Positions 49,665-59,351 of a stretch of 64,000 nucleotides of DNA are shown here, one piece after another (position 1 is the stretch's first letter; each line of letters opens with the position of its first letter). The position numbers and the translations under genes are program-made. This stretch comes from an uncultured bacterium. GTDB taxonomy: Bacteria > Verrucomicrobiota > Verrucomicrobiia > Verrucomicrobiales > DEV007. Location: NCBI GenBank assembly GCA_963977015.1, contig CAXBMO010000002.1, positions 416,001 to 480,000 of the forward strand, in the 5' to 3' direction. The notes under the pieces are model-generated. The model did no database searches. It saw nothing but the letters and a program-made list of their open reading frames with translations, and was not told the DNA's origin.

Positions 49665-51626
49665 GTGATTTTTAACTCCCTGCTCGGCAAACTCTTCCGA
49701 ATTCGCGAGAACTCCGCCCAACGTAACCGGGGGCTTGGAGCCGATGAGGGCTTTGACGGAGCCGAGATGCCGTTCCTCGATCACCTGGAGGATCTGCGCA
49801 AAATGCTCTTCCGCATCATCATCACCCTGATGATCGCGATGATTGCCTGCTTTGCGGTCAACGAGAAGCTGCTCGACTGGATCCGCCTTCCCATGAAGTG
49901 GGCCAATATCGGCGGCGGAGGCCCCGCGTTTTTCAAAGCTACTGACAACGCGGAAGATCCCAACATCATCAAGGTGAGCGATTGGGTGGTGACGCGCGGT
50001 GGTTTTGTCGGTCGGGTCAAGGTGCAGGACAAGGAGGCAGGAATGACCCAGTTGGCGATTGGAGATCCGCCTCAATTCGTCTTTCCATCCGCCGACCTTA
50101 CGGAAATCGCGCCGCCCGATCCCGTTGTTATTGAGCCCGCCCCTGATGCAGTTGAGCCTGAACCAGAAGCGAAAGCGGAGCCTGAAGGAGCCCCGGAAAC
50201 GTCCGAAGGAGACGAAACTCCTCCAACCAACGAGGAAGCGACCGAAACGGATCCCGCCCCCGAAGCCGCTCCGGATCAGGAAGCACAGATTGATGCGGAG
50301 GCAGACGAAACGGCTTCCAGCGAAGAAGTGGAGGTCCCTGAAGTCGAGGAGATTGAAGCCGTTGAGGAGCCACAGGGAATTCAAGTGGGCTCAACCGTTG
50401 CGACGCCGACCGGTTCGACGGGCAAAGTGGTTTCGATCGATGAAGTCGCGCAGACCACCACGGTCGAAATTGGCGATCCGCCCCTCGTTTGGTTGAGGTC
50501 GAGCGCGATTGTCACAAAACTCCAGAAGAAGGAAGACACTCCCGAAGAAGAGAAACACTCGGATGATCCGCGATCGATGATCGCCAACCAGAACTTCCTC
50601 GTGATGGAAGTCTTCCAACCTTACGAGGCCCTCGTCTTGACGCTGAAACTGGCGTTCTTCGCCGGATTGGTCATTTCCTTCCCGCTCGTGATCTTTTTCG
50701 TGGCCCAATTCGTCCTGCCCGGGCTTCGTCAGGTCGAGAAACGCGTCGTGTTTCCCTCGCTGGCGATCGGGTTCCTGTTATTTCTTGTCGGTGCCGCGTT
50801 TGCCTTCAGTGTTGGCCTTCCCCTTGCGCTGGATTTCCTCGCGGATTACACTTTGGAACGCGGCATCGAGCCGGGTTGGCGGATTGGTTACTACATCAAA
50901 TTCGTGACGCAGGTGACCCTCGTTTTTGGTCTCGCGTTCGAGCTACCGGTCGTGGTGATGTCGTTGGTGAAGCTGGATCTGCTGACCTACCGCACGATGC
51001 GCGATTCCCGTGCCTATGCGATCGTCGTTCTGATGGTGTTGTCCGCCTTTTTGACGCCACCAGATCCAATGACACTGGTTCTGCTTTCGGTCCCGTTGAT
51101 CCTCCTTTATGAGATTTGTATCTGGCTCGCCTACTTCATCGAGCGCAAGGAGTTGAAGCAAGAAGCGGAAGAAGAGCGCCGGCGTGCCGAGGAACGGGCC
51201 CAGCGTGAAAAGGAGCGTCAGGAGCGAATCGCAGCGGCTGAGACCATGACCGAAGAAGAGAAGCGGGAACTGGTCGCCGAGGATATCGAGAAATACGAAG
51301 CCTCCGTCACCGATGACGATGTTCACGCTCTCGATTCGCACGATGATCCGCATCACGACGAGCATGTCGACTACCATCATGAGGATCCCCACCATGATTG
51401 GGACCACGATTACCATCACCATGATCCACATGCGGGAATGCCGACGATGATCGACATCAACAATGCCTCGATCGAAGAATTGCAGAAGCTCCCCGGAGTT
51501 GGCCCCAAACTGGCGGAACGGCTTTTCGAAGCTCGGCCCTACTACAGCGAAGACGAACTTGAGTATCATGCCCACCTGCCGCAAAGCGTGATCAAACTCA
51601 TCGTTGATCGCATTTACTACGGGTAA
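49665..51626 (+). CDS. tatC: Twin-arginine translocase TatC with large loop insertion and C-terminal helix-hairpin-helix domain
   Basis: MPFLDHLEDLR, FVLPGL, FGLAFELPVV, SAFLTPPDPMT..LL.VPLILLYE. Confidence 0.93.
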   Translation: MIFNSLLGKLFRIRENSAQRNRGLGADEGFDGAEMPFLDHLEDLRKMLFRIIITLMIAMIACFAVNEKLLDWIRLPMKWANIGGGGPAFFKATDNAEDPNIIKVSDWVVTRGGFVGRVKVQDKEAGMTQLAIGDPPQFVFPSADLTEIAPPDPVVIEPAPDAVEPEPEAKAEPEGAPETSEGDETPPTNEEATETDPAPEAAPDQEAQIDAEADETASSEEVEVPEVEEIEAVEEPQGIQVGSTVATPTGSTGKVVSIDEVAQTTTVEIGDPPLVWLRSSAIVTKLQKKEDTPEEEKHSDDPRSMIANQNFLVMEVFQPYEALVLTLKLAFFAGLVISFPLVIFFVAQFVLPGLRQVEKRVVFPSLAIGFLLFLVGAAFAFSVGLPLALDFLADYTLERGIEPGWRIGYYIKFVTQVTLVFGLAFELPVVVMSLVKLDLLTYRTMRDSRAYAIVVLMVLSAFLTPPDPMTLVLLSVPLILLYEICIWLAYFIERKELKQEAEEERRRAEERAQREKERQERIAAAETMTEEEKRELVAEDIEKYEASVTDDDVHALDSHDDPHHDEHVDYHHEDPHHDWDHDYHHHDPHAGMPTMIDINNASIEELQKLPGVGPKLAERLFEARPYYSEDELEYHAHLPQSVIKLIVDRIYYG

Positions 51627-51702
51627 AATGAACGCCGGGCAGGTTTCCGGTTCTGTTAATGATTGACGGGTCGATGTCCGATCCGCCAAATCTAGCTTTG
51701 CC

Positions 51703-53112
51703 ATGAGAAATTCCCCAGTCAGCCGCCGGACCATTCTGCACGGCATTGGATCCATTGGAATCGGGCTTCCGTTGCTCGAAGAGATGCAGGCCGCCAGCTC
51801 AGCCAGGGTTCCGGTTCGAGCGCTCAACGTGTTTTTCGGTCTCGGAATCCCGGCTCCGCTCCAGAAAGAAGGTTACGACGGAGTGCTTGAGCCCCTCAAG
51901 CCGCTTCGGGACAAGCTCTTGGTTCTGCGAAACGTCGATCAGGTGCGCTGCGACCAAAAAGGCATCAATGCCCACTTTGACGGCGCATCCGGCGCCTTCA
52001 CGGCCGAGCCTCCGGATGGAGAGGCGAAATCGGGTGGCCCTTCGATCGACCAGGTCGTCCGCGAAGCGGCTTATCCGGACGGATTGCCCGCGGGAATGGT
52101 TCCGACACTGATCGCGGGGACGTTTTTCCGCCGCAGCCGGGTCAGCCGCTACGTTCACAGCTACAAAGCCGACGGGACCGTCGCGGGCGTGATTCAGGAG
52201 AAGCCGCGCGACCTGTTCGACCGCGTTTTTGGCACGGTTTCCATGCCGAAAGACACCGATTTGCGCCAGGAACGGCTGAAGCGAAGCGTTTTGGATTCGG
52301 TGGTCGACCAGTACAAGTTTTACACGGGCGCGAATTCGCCACTCGGGAGCGCTTCGAAAGGGCGCATTTCCGATCACTTGGAGAAGATTCGCGAATACGA
52401 GCAACGGGCCTACGAAATGCGGGAGCGCGATCCGAACGCGCCCCAGATCCCTCCGCGGTCGCCATTGAAACACGGCGGTCAGGCCGATCCCGGCGGCGAG
52501 GGAATCGACATCACGCTCGACGAACTGACGAAGGAGTGGCGCCTGATGGCGGAGCTTTATGCGTTGGCGCTGCAAATGGATCGGGCGCGTTTTGGTGCCA
52601 TTACGTTCCTTGCCGCCGGCGAGCGTATTCGCCTGACCGGCGACTACGTCTACAACGGGAAAAAGCGCTTTGCGTTCAACGATCGCGAGCATCTCAACGC
52701 GACCGGATCGAAGGGCTGCAGCCACGAGTATTGGCACAAGTTCAATGAGAAGAAGGAGAACAAGGAGATGCGCGCTCACATCCACATGAAGATGCGGGAA
52801 GTCGCCTACTTCCTCAGTCTTCTCGATGGAAAGGAGGCACAGGAAGCCAACGGGAAGTCGATTCTGGAGAACTCGCTTCTCACGATTTCGACGGAGAGCG
52901 GTGATGGTCGCCATTCCGACACCACCCGTGAGTTGTCCGGAATTTTCCACGCGGTTTCCTCCGCCAACGGACGATTCAAAACGGGCGAGATTCTCGATGT
53001 CGGAGCTGAGGGACTCGATGTCTACAACACAATGCTCACGGCCATGAAAACGCCGCGAAAACTCGGCCCAGCTGACCGCACATCCCGCTCGGTCGACAAG
53101 ATCCGCGCCTGA
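51703..53112 (+). CDS. DUF1552 domain protein
   Basis: SRRTILHG...GLPLLEEM, VLEPLKP, SIDQV, RSVLDSV, HLEKIREYE, SILENSL. Confidence 0.85.
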   Translation: MRNSPVSRRTILHGIGSIGIGLPLLEEMQAASSARVPVRALNVFFGLGIPAPLQKEGYDGVLEPLKPLRDKLLVLRNVDQVRCDQKGINAHFDGASGAFTAEPPDGEAKSGGPSIDQVVREAAYPDGLPAGMVPTLIAGTFFRRSRVSRYVHSYKADGTVAGVIQEKPRDLFDRVFGTVSMPKDTDLRQERLKRSVLDSVVDQYKFYTGANSPLGSASKGRISDHLEKIREYEQRAYEMRERDPNAPQIPPRSPLKHGGQADPGGEGIDITLDELTKEWRLMAELYALALQMDRARFGAITFLAAGERIRLTGDYVYNGKKRFAFNDREHLNATGSKGCSHEYWHKFNEKKENKEMRAHIHMKMREVAYFLSLLDGKEAQEANGKSILENSLLTISTESGDGRHSDTTRELSGIFHAVSSANGRFKTGEILDVGAEGLDVYNTMLTAMKTPRKLGPADRTSRSVDKIRA

Positions 53113-53772
53113 ATGTTCATGAACCCGCTCCGCCCGTTTCTATTTTTCCTCTTTCTTTCCTCCACCGCTTTCGGCGTGGAGTATGAACGGGACATCATGC
53201 CCATTTTCATAGAGAAATGTGCCGATTGTCACAGCACAAAGGCCGAGAAACTGAAGGCGGGTTTGGTATTTGATGATCCCGAGCGCTTTCACAAACGGTT
53301 CGCCAAGAACGACGTTGTGATTCCCGGTGATTGGGACGCGAGCTATCTCTTTGTAACTTTGTTCCGCCCTCCGGAAGCCAAAGAAGCCATGCCGCCCAAG
53401 GGAAAGGGCGATCGCCTGACGGCCGAAGAGGTGGTGCTTGTGATGCAATGGATCGCCGACGGGGCGCCAATCAACGGAACCAAAGGGGACAAAGGGACGA
53501 TGCCCGAGGATATGGCGACGGTGTTTGCCGATTTGCCTCCCGGGACATTCGCAACTGCCCCGGAACTCCGCTCGATGAACAAGAAGGCGGCCGAATTGCC
53601 GGTTGAAGAATCCTGGACCAACCGGGAGGGGCAAATGATTCAAGCGACCTTCCTGCGGGTCGAGGGCGAGATCGTGCTGCTTAAACTCACCAACGGCACT
53701 GTCATTCGCTATCCCATTGCGAAGCTCTCGACATCCAGCCAGGCTCGAATCACCGAATTGAGCAACCTTTAA
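53113..53772 (+). CDS. Planctomycete-type cytochrome c with C-terminal SHD1-like domain
   Basis: DIMPIF.EKCADCH, AMPPKG...WIADGA; ESWTNREG...LSTSSQ. Confidence 0.82.
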   Translation: MFMNPLRPFLFFLFLSSTAFGVEYERDIMPIFIEKCADCHSTKAEKLKAGLVFDDPERFHKRFAKNDVVIPGDWDASYLFVTLFRPPEAKEAMPPKGKGDRLTAEEVVLVMQWIADGAPINGTKGDKGTMPEDMATVFADLPPGTFATAPELRSMNKKAAELPVEESWTNREGQMIQATFLRVEGEIVLLKLTNGTVIRYPIAKLSTSSQARITELSNL

Positions 53773-53782
53773 GGTCTTCCCG

Positions 53783-54214
53783 ATGCTGGTTGGAATTTCT
53801 CCACTCCTCAGTCCCGAGCTCCTCGCCACGCTTTGCCGAATGGGTCACGGCGATCAAATCATTCTGGCGGATGCTCACTTTCCGGGCGAATCACTCGGTC
53901 CCAAGGTGATTCGCGCCGATGGATTGATGATTCCGGATTTGCTGGACGGAATCCTGCCCCTTTTCCCGCTGGACACCTACACGGAACAAAGCGTGTTGAT
54001 GATGGCTCCCGTGGATGGTGATCAAGCCGATCCCAGCGTCGAAAAGGCGTATTGGAGCCGGGTTTCCAAGCATTGGCCCAACACCCCTCCCCTTCAAAAG
54101 GTCGAGCGGTTTGATTTTTACGAATTGGCCAGGAATGCGTTTTGCATCGTCATGACTGGCGACACCGCCAAATACGGAAACCTGGTGCTGACCAAAGGCG
54201 TCGTGCCGGTCTAA
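53783..54214 (+). CDS. fucU: RbsD/FucU family sugar mutarotase (L-fucose mutarotase-like)
   Basis: MGHGDQIILADAHFP, ERFDFYE, TGDTAKYGNLVLTKGVV. Confidence 0.85.
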   Translation: MLVGISPLLSPELLATLCRMGHGDQIILADAHFPGESLGPKVIRADGLMIPDLLDGILPLFPLDTYTEQSVLMMAPVDGDQADPSVEKAYWSRVSKHWPNTPPLQKVERFDFYELARNAFCIVMTGDTAKYGNLVLTKGVVPV

Positions 54215-54612
54215 CCGTTTTTCGCAGCCCAATCTTCCACTTCGGGATCGAGAAAGGCTTCATCCAGGGTTTCCTGAGCCCAGGGAGCTTTTTCGGCAAC
54301 TCGTTTGAGAAGACGAACCACGCAAACCTGAACCGCGGGGATCTCCGTCCAGATGGTGTTTCCCAACGTCCGCCATTCGTTCGCGACAAGCTTCTTCTTG
54401 GGATTGGACAACGCGTCCAGGCAGGTATCGCAAACAAAGGCACAGTGATCCAGCTCAGGGTCTTTGGGCACCGGAGGAACTTCAAACGCTCGCAACGAGA
54501 CTCCGGCAGCTTCACAGACTTCACACTTGCTCTTCGCTCTGCGTGCTAACTCTTTTCCCAGCAAATTGAGAGCGTTGACGCGTTCTTGATGTTCTTGGAA
54601 TCCTTTGGCCAC
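54211..54612 (-). CDS. PhnA-like zinc-binding domain protein (probable GTG start)
   Basis: LARRAKSKCEVC...CDTC...WRTL.NTIWTEIPAVQV. Confidence 0.7.
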   Translation of the reverse strand: MAKGFQEHQERVNALNLLGKELARRAKSKCEVCEAAGVSLRAFEVPPVPKDPELDHCAFVCDTCLDALSNPKKKLVANEWRTLGNTIWTEIPAVQVCVVRLLKRVAEKAPWAQETLDEAFLDPEVEDWAAKNG

Positions 54613-54767
54613 GGAATTTCGGGTTACGATCGAACTAACGGAAGTATCGCACTTTATCGAGGAGCATTTCCTCACGCAAATATATTTCGTATATCTTTAT
54701 AATCAGTATTGCAAAATGAATCATTTTTGCGAAGTTAGGGAAATCCTGCCTTCGCCACCATCGATTC

Positions 54768-56489
54768 ATGAACGATCAGCTCTATCAACGCGTCACGATT
54801 TCCAAATTCGATGCGAAGAAGCTGCACTTCGACCGCCATCTGGACCGGTTCGTCAACCGGCGATTCCTCGCGGAGAGCCCATCACAGTTGGGCGCTGCGG
54901 AAGCCTGGATGCAGCAGCCGGTTCCCGGTGTTGCGAAGCTCCTTCAAATCAAGATGCTGGATGACGGCCTCGAAGGTCATTTTGAATCGTTACCGGGATT
55001 CGCTCTGGATCAGTGGATTTGGCTCCATGGTCCTCTGCCGATTCCGGATTGGCTTTGCGTCGCCAAACAGATGGTCGCCTTGGCGCGCGAAATGCGGAAA
55101 CGCCCCGAAGTCAGGGTCGACTGGCTTCCTTCAGATTTCCAACTTTGGCGGGAGTCTGACGGACAACTGCGCATCGCCCTCAACGCCGTTTCGATCGTTG
55201 GAGAGCAGGTTTCTCCCCGCAAGGAGAAGCAGGTCGTCGAGAATCTCGCACTGACCTGGCATTTCCTGTTAACCAGCGAAATCGACCATCCCTTTTACGG
55301 CCTGACCGGTTCAGATTTCGAAAACCTGACCGCGCTTCAAGACTTCGCGCCGCTCGTGAAGTGCTTCGAAACGTTGTTTGCGGAGCGACCGGAAGAACGA
55401 GCGGACGAGTTGCCCAAGGTTCTTCAGCTCTTGGAAGCCATCAGCGATGCTCTTCCCCACTTTCCGAACGATGCGAACCACGCGGATCAATTGCACGATC
55501 CGCTTGCCCAGGAGCCGGAAAGTGGTCTCGCCCTGTCCCGTTGGGATATCCCTGAGAATTTCACGCTCTCAGCCAACGAAACCGGCGGCGCCCGGGGAAC
55601 CATTCCCGCGGTGCATGACATTTCTCAACGCGAAGTGATGCTTCACCTGGTGCCGGAGCCCGCCGCCCGGCGGGTCGCCGATGATTGGATCGCGACGAAA
55701 CGCGCCGTCGACAACCACGTCATCAGCCCGGTCCTCAGCATTCACCAAAAGGGCCTCAATGGCGGCATCGTGATCGAGCGAACGCTTTCAAAGTCCATCA
55801 GTTTGGCTGAGTTGATTGAGGCAGGTGGCGTCGATATCGGAACGCTTCGCAATCTGCTGTTTAAACTCGACGCCTCAATTCGCGAAGCGGAGGGAGATGG
55901 CGTCAGTCGCGTTTCGCTGCACGCCCACGACGTCTTGCTGGTTCCGCGCGGTCAACCGACTCTCGCGGCCGAACACTGGCCGGCATGGGCGAGTGATCCC
56001 GAGGCCTTCAGCGTCCGACTGAGGCCGGTCGCGACTTCCGGAGGAAATTTTACCGCTCCCGCAGGGCATGGCCTCACGTTGGCGGATCGACTGATTGCGC
56101 AACTGGAGCTTCCGGTCGACGAGCGCGGCTTTCTTGAACTCGCCATCCGACTCCTTCAGCCCCGGCTGTTTTTCGAGCCGGAAATCGCCGCGATCTTCCG
56201 TCGAGCCTCTCACCGGAGAATTAATCGCTCGGTCGCCCGAAAGGCGCTTCTCCGCGAATTGGCCGAGCATGGCCAACCGGACAATGTGATTCCCTTCCCA
56301 CGTCCCTCAATGGTCACCATGCTGGCGGGGCGACTTGCCGCGTCCTTTTTGCTGATGGCATTGGTCTTTGGGTTTGGCAACCTCTTGATTCCGGACTCCG
56401 TGGAGAATCGCGCATCGGTTGAGAATCGCCAGCTTGCCTGGAGCGAGGAACTGGATCCCGGTTTGGATCCGGAGACGCCACTGCCGTAA
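54768..56489 (+). CDS. Membrane-anchored protein with two degenerate Ser/Thr-kinase-like folds
   Basis: HFESLPGFALDQWIWLHGPLP / RVDWLPSDFQL and VSLHAHDVLL echo kinase subdomains V-VIb; single C-terminal TM helix. Confidence 0.5.
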   Translation: MNDQLYQRVTISKFDAKKLHFDRHLDRFVNRRFLAESPSQLGAAEAWMQQPVPGVAKLLQIKMLDDGLEGHFESLPGFALDQWIWLHGPLPIPDWLCVAKQMVALAREMRKRPEVRVDWLPSDFQLWRESDGQLRIALNAVSIVGEQVSPRKEKQVVENLALTWHFLLTSEIDHPFYGLTGSDFENLTALQDFAPLVKCFETLFAERPEERADELPKVLQLLEAISDALPHFPNDANHADQLHDPLAQEPESGLALSRWDIPENFTLSANETGGARGTIPAVHDISQREVMLHLVPEPAARRVADDWIATKRAVDNHVISPVLSIHQKGLNGGIVIERTLSKSISLAELIEAGGVDIGTLRNLLFKLDASIREAEGDGVSRVSLHAHDVLLVPRGQPTLAAEHWPAWASDPEAFSVRLRPVATSGGNFTAPAGHGLTLADRLIAQLELPVDERGFLELAIRLLQPRLFFEPEIAAIFRRASHRRINRSVARKALLRELAEHGQPDNVIPFPRPSMVTMLAGRLAASFLLMALVFGFGNLLIPDSVENRASVENRQLAWSEELDPGLDPETPLP

Positions 56490-56535
56490 TCGCGCTCTTG
56501 CGAGCGTCGCGCAACTTGCCTAGTTTGCGTAGACC

Positions 56536-58131
56536 ATGACCTCCCTCCACGGCCAAAACTTAATCGGCTACACCAAAAGTGCGGATGGAAGCGACACCTT
56601 TCAAAGTGTTGATCCATCGACCCGGGAAGCGCTGCCAACGTCGTTCCATGAAGCCACCGGTGATGAAATCGACCGGGCGATGCAGCTGGCTTCCGCCGCG
56701 TTTCTTCCTTATCGCAACCACTCCCCTGAAGATCGGGCGACGTTTCTGGAAACGATCGCCGAAGAGATCGAGAATCTGGGCGATCCGTTGTTGGAGATCG
56801 CGAATCAGGAGACGGCTCTCGGCCTCCCCCGCTTAACCGCGGAACGTGGCCGCGCTTGTTTCACCGCCCGCCTGTTCGCGGGAATGATTCGGGAAGGGAG
56901 CTGGGTTGACGCACGAATTGAAACCGCGGAACCCACGCGAGAGCCACTCCCGAAACCCGATGTCCGGCTGATGCACCGCCCGATTGGGCCCGTCGTGGTT
57001 TTTGGCGCCAGCAACTTCCCGATGGCAATTTCGGTCGCGGGAACCGACACGATTTCCGCGCTCGGAGCGGGATGCCCCGTTGTCGTCAAAGCTCACCCGG
57101 CGCACCCCGCGACTTGCGAGTTGCTCGCGGAAGCCATTCTCGCGGCGGCCAAAAAATGCGGACTTCCGGAAGGCGTATTCTCTCTCATTCAAGGACGGAG
57201 CAACGCCACCGGAACGGCGCTCGCCGAGCACGAGGCAGCGGAAGCCGTCGCGTTCACCGGATCGCTCGGCGGCGGCCGCGCCCTGTTCAACGTCGCCAGC
57301 CAACGCCCTCGACCGATTCCGGTCTACGCGGAGATGGGAAGCCTCAACCCGGTCTTTCTGCTTCCGGGCGCCCTTCGCGATCGAGCCGCAACCATTGCGG
57401 AAGGCTTTGTCGGCTCGCTGACGCTCGGAACCGGGCAGTTTTGCACCAACCCGGCCATGGTCCTGGGATTGGACGGCGATGACTTTTCCGGTTTTGTCGA
57501 TGATTCCGCCAAACGAGCGTCCCAGGTTCCGCCGTCCACCATGCTTCATGCGGGCATCCATGCGTCATTCCTCGAGGGCATTGACAGCATCCGGAGTCTT
57601 GAAGGGATTGAAGTTGCCGGTGAATCGCCCGGAGCCGATCCCGCCAAGTCACAAGCTGTGGCGGTGATTTTCCAGACCGAAGTCGATCGCTTCTTCCAAC
57701 ACGAGGAGATCCTCAAGCAGGAAGTTTTCGGCCCATCGTCGGTCGTCCTGAAATGTCAGGCCAAAGAGGAGATGCTGCGGTTTGCGAGATCGATGGAAGG
57801 GAGTCTCAGCGCTACGATTCATGGAACGGAGGACGATCTCCGGGAGAACCGGGAGCTTCTCGATATCCTGGAGACACGAACCGGGCGCGTGATCTACAAC
57901 GGCTTCCCGACCGGACTGGAAGTTTGCACGGCGATGCACCATGGCGGCCCCTACCCGGCGGCAAGCCACAGCCACTTCACCTCCGTCGGCACCAATGCGA
58001 TTTACCGCTTTGTGCGCCCGGTCTGCTACCAGGATCTTCCCCAGTTTGCCCTGCCACCCGAGTTGCAGGACGACAATCCCAGGGGAATTTGGCGGATGCT
58101 GAACACAACATGGACGGCGCCAACGGCATGA
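56536..58131 (+). CDS. NADP-dependent aldehyde dehydrogenase (alpha-ketoglutaric semialdehyde dehydrogenase-like)
   Basis: FGASNFP, VKAHPAHP, FTGS, YAEMGSLNP, GQFCTNP, EVFGP, HGGPYPA. Confidence 0.92.
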   Translation: MTSLHGQNLIGYTKSADGSDTFQSVDPSTREALPTSFHEATGDEIDRAMQLASAAFLPYRNHSPEDRATFLETIAEEIENLGDPLLEIANQETALGLPRLTAERGRACFTARLFAGMIREGSWVDARIETAEPTREPLPKPDVRLMHRPIGPVVVFGASNFPMAISVAGTDTISALGAGCPVVVKAHPAHPATCELLAEAILAAAKKCGLPEGVFSLIQGRSNATGTALAEHEAAEAVAFTGSLGGGRALFNVASQRPRPIPVYAEMGSLNPVFLLPGALRDRAATIAEGFVGSLTLGTGQFCTNPAMVLGLDGDDFSGFVDDSAKRASQVPPSTMLHAGIHASFLEGIDSIRSLEGIEVAGESPGADPAKSQAVAVIFQTEVDRFFQHEEILKQEVFGPSSVVLKCQAKEEMLRFARSMEGSLSATIHGTEDDLRENRELLDILETRTGRVIYNGFPTGLEVCTAMHHGGPYPAASHSHFTSVGTNAIYRFVRPVCYQDLPQFALPPELQDDNPRGIWRMLNTTWTAPTA

Positions 58132-59339
58132 CTTACGAGGAGTCGCTCGCCTGGTTGTATTCCACGCAACAAATCGGCATCAAACTCGGCCTCGACAACA
58201 CGCACCGGCTTCTCGAGTTACTCGAGATTGATCCCGGAGACAGGACGATTTTTCACGTTGCCGGAACCAATGGGAAAGGTTCGACCTGTGCGTTTCTGGA
58301 GTCGGTTTGTCGCGAAGCCGGATTGAAGACCGGTCTCTTCACGTCTCCCCATTTGGTTTCGTTTCGAGAGCGGATTCGAATCGATTTTGAGCCTGCTCCT
58401 GCGGAAACGCTTGCCCAGATCCTCACCCGAATTCGCGACGAGATCCAAACCTGGGATCCGCATCCCTCGTTTTTCGAAATCACCACGGCACTGGGAATGC
58501 GAACGTTTCTGGATGGTGGCGCGGAAGCGATCATTCTCGAAACCGGTCTGGGAGGACGATTGGATTCCACGAACGCCGTCGCATCGAGCGTCACGGGAAT
58601 CACGTCCATTTCGTTGGATCACCAACAGTGGCTGGGAGATTCCATCGCAAAAATTGCGGAAGAAAAGGCGGGAATCATCAAGGCGGGAAAACCGGTCGTC
58701 ACCGTTTCATCGCAAGACGAAGACGCGGCTCAGGTCATTCGGGAACGCGCGGAAAGCTTGGGGAGCCCACTCCACATTGCTCCGGTTTATTCCGGTGAAA
58801 CGGGAATCTGCGGTGAACACCAAACCGCGAATGCGGGATTGGCAGCCAGGATGATCGAAGTTTCCCCGCTCAATATCTCCGCTTCGGAAGTTGAACGCGG
58901 AATGGCGAAGGCGATGTGGCCCGGCCGGTTCCACCGCCTGGAGTTCCAAGGTTCCCCCGTGATCATTGACGGGGCCCACAATGCGGAGGCGGCTGAAGCG
59001 CTCGTCCGAACCTGGAAGGCTGAATTTGGTGATCAAAAAGCCGCGATCGTGTTTGGTGCGGTCGCCGACAAGGAACCGCAGAAGCTCCTGAAAGTGCTCA
59101 GTCCCATCACCGGAGCGCTGTTCCCGACCACGATTGCGACGCAGCGCGGAATGACCGCCGATGATCTCGCCAAACAGATTGGCGAATCCGCGCAACCGGC
59201 TCCGAGCGCCTCACTTGCCCTTCGTCTGGCGCAAGCCACTCAGCTTCCCATTCTTGTCACCGGATCGTTTTTCCTCGCCGGACAGGTGCTCGAGGTTCTG
59301 GGATGGGGAAACGCCGATTTTGAACCCAGCGAGCAATAA
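58128..59339 (+). CDS. folC: Folylpolyglutamate synthase/dihydrofolate synthase
   Basis: HVAGTNGKGST, FTSPHL..FRERI, ETGLGGRLDSTN, WPGR, IDGAHN. Confidence 0.95.
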   Translation: MTYEESLAWLYSTQQIGIKLGLDNTHRLLELLEIDPGDRTIFHVAGTNGKGSTCAFLESVCREAGLKTGLFTSPHLVSFRERIRIDFEPAPAETLAQILTRIRDEIQTWDPHPSFFEITTALGMRTFLDGGAEAIILETGLGGRLDSTNAVASSVTGITSISLDHQQWLGDSIAKIAEEKAGIIKAGKPVVTVSSQDEDAAQVIRERAESLGSPLHIAPVYSGETGICGEHQTANAGLAARMIEVSPLNISASEVERGMAKAMWPGRFHRLEFQGSPVIIDGAHNAEAAEALVRTWKAEFGDQKAAIVFGAVADKEPQKLLKVLSPITGALFPTTIATQRGMTADDLAKQIGESAQPAPSASLALRLAQATQLPILVTGSFFLAGQVLEVLGWGNADFEPSEQ

Positions 59340-59351
59340 ACGGAGTCCGGG

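Noticed and set aside
51330-51435. Short repeated CAT/GAT-rich DNA units
   Set aside because: Encode the His/Asp tract of TatC; no constant repeat-spacer structure, so not CRISPR or a VNTR
57753-58127. N-terminal extension of FolC in the ORF track
   Set aside because: Overlaps the aldehyde dehydrogenase in another frame; FolC homology starts at ATG 58128 (ATGA overlap)
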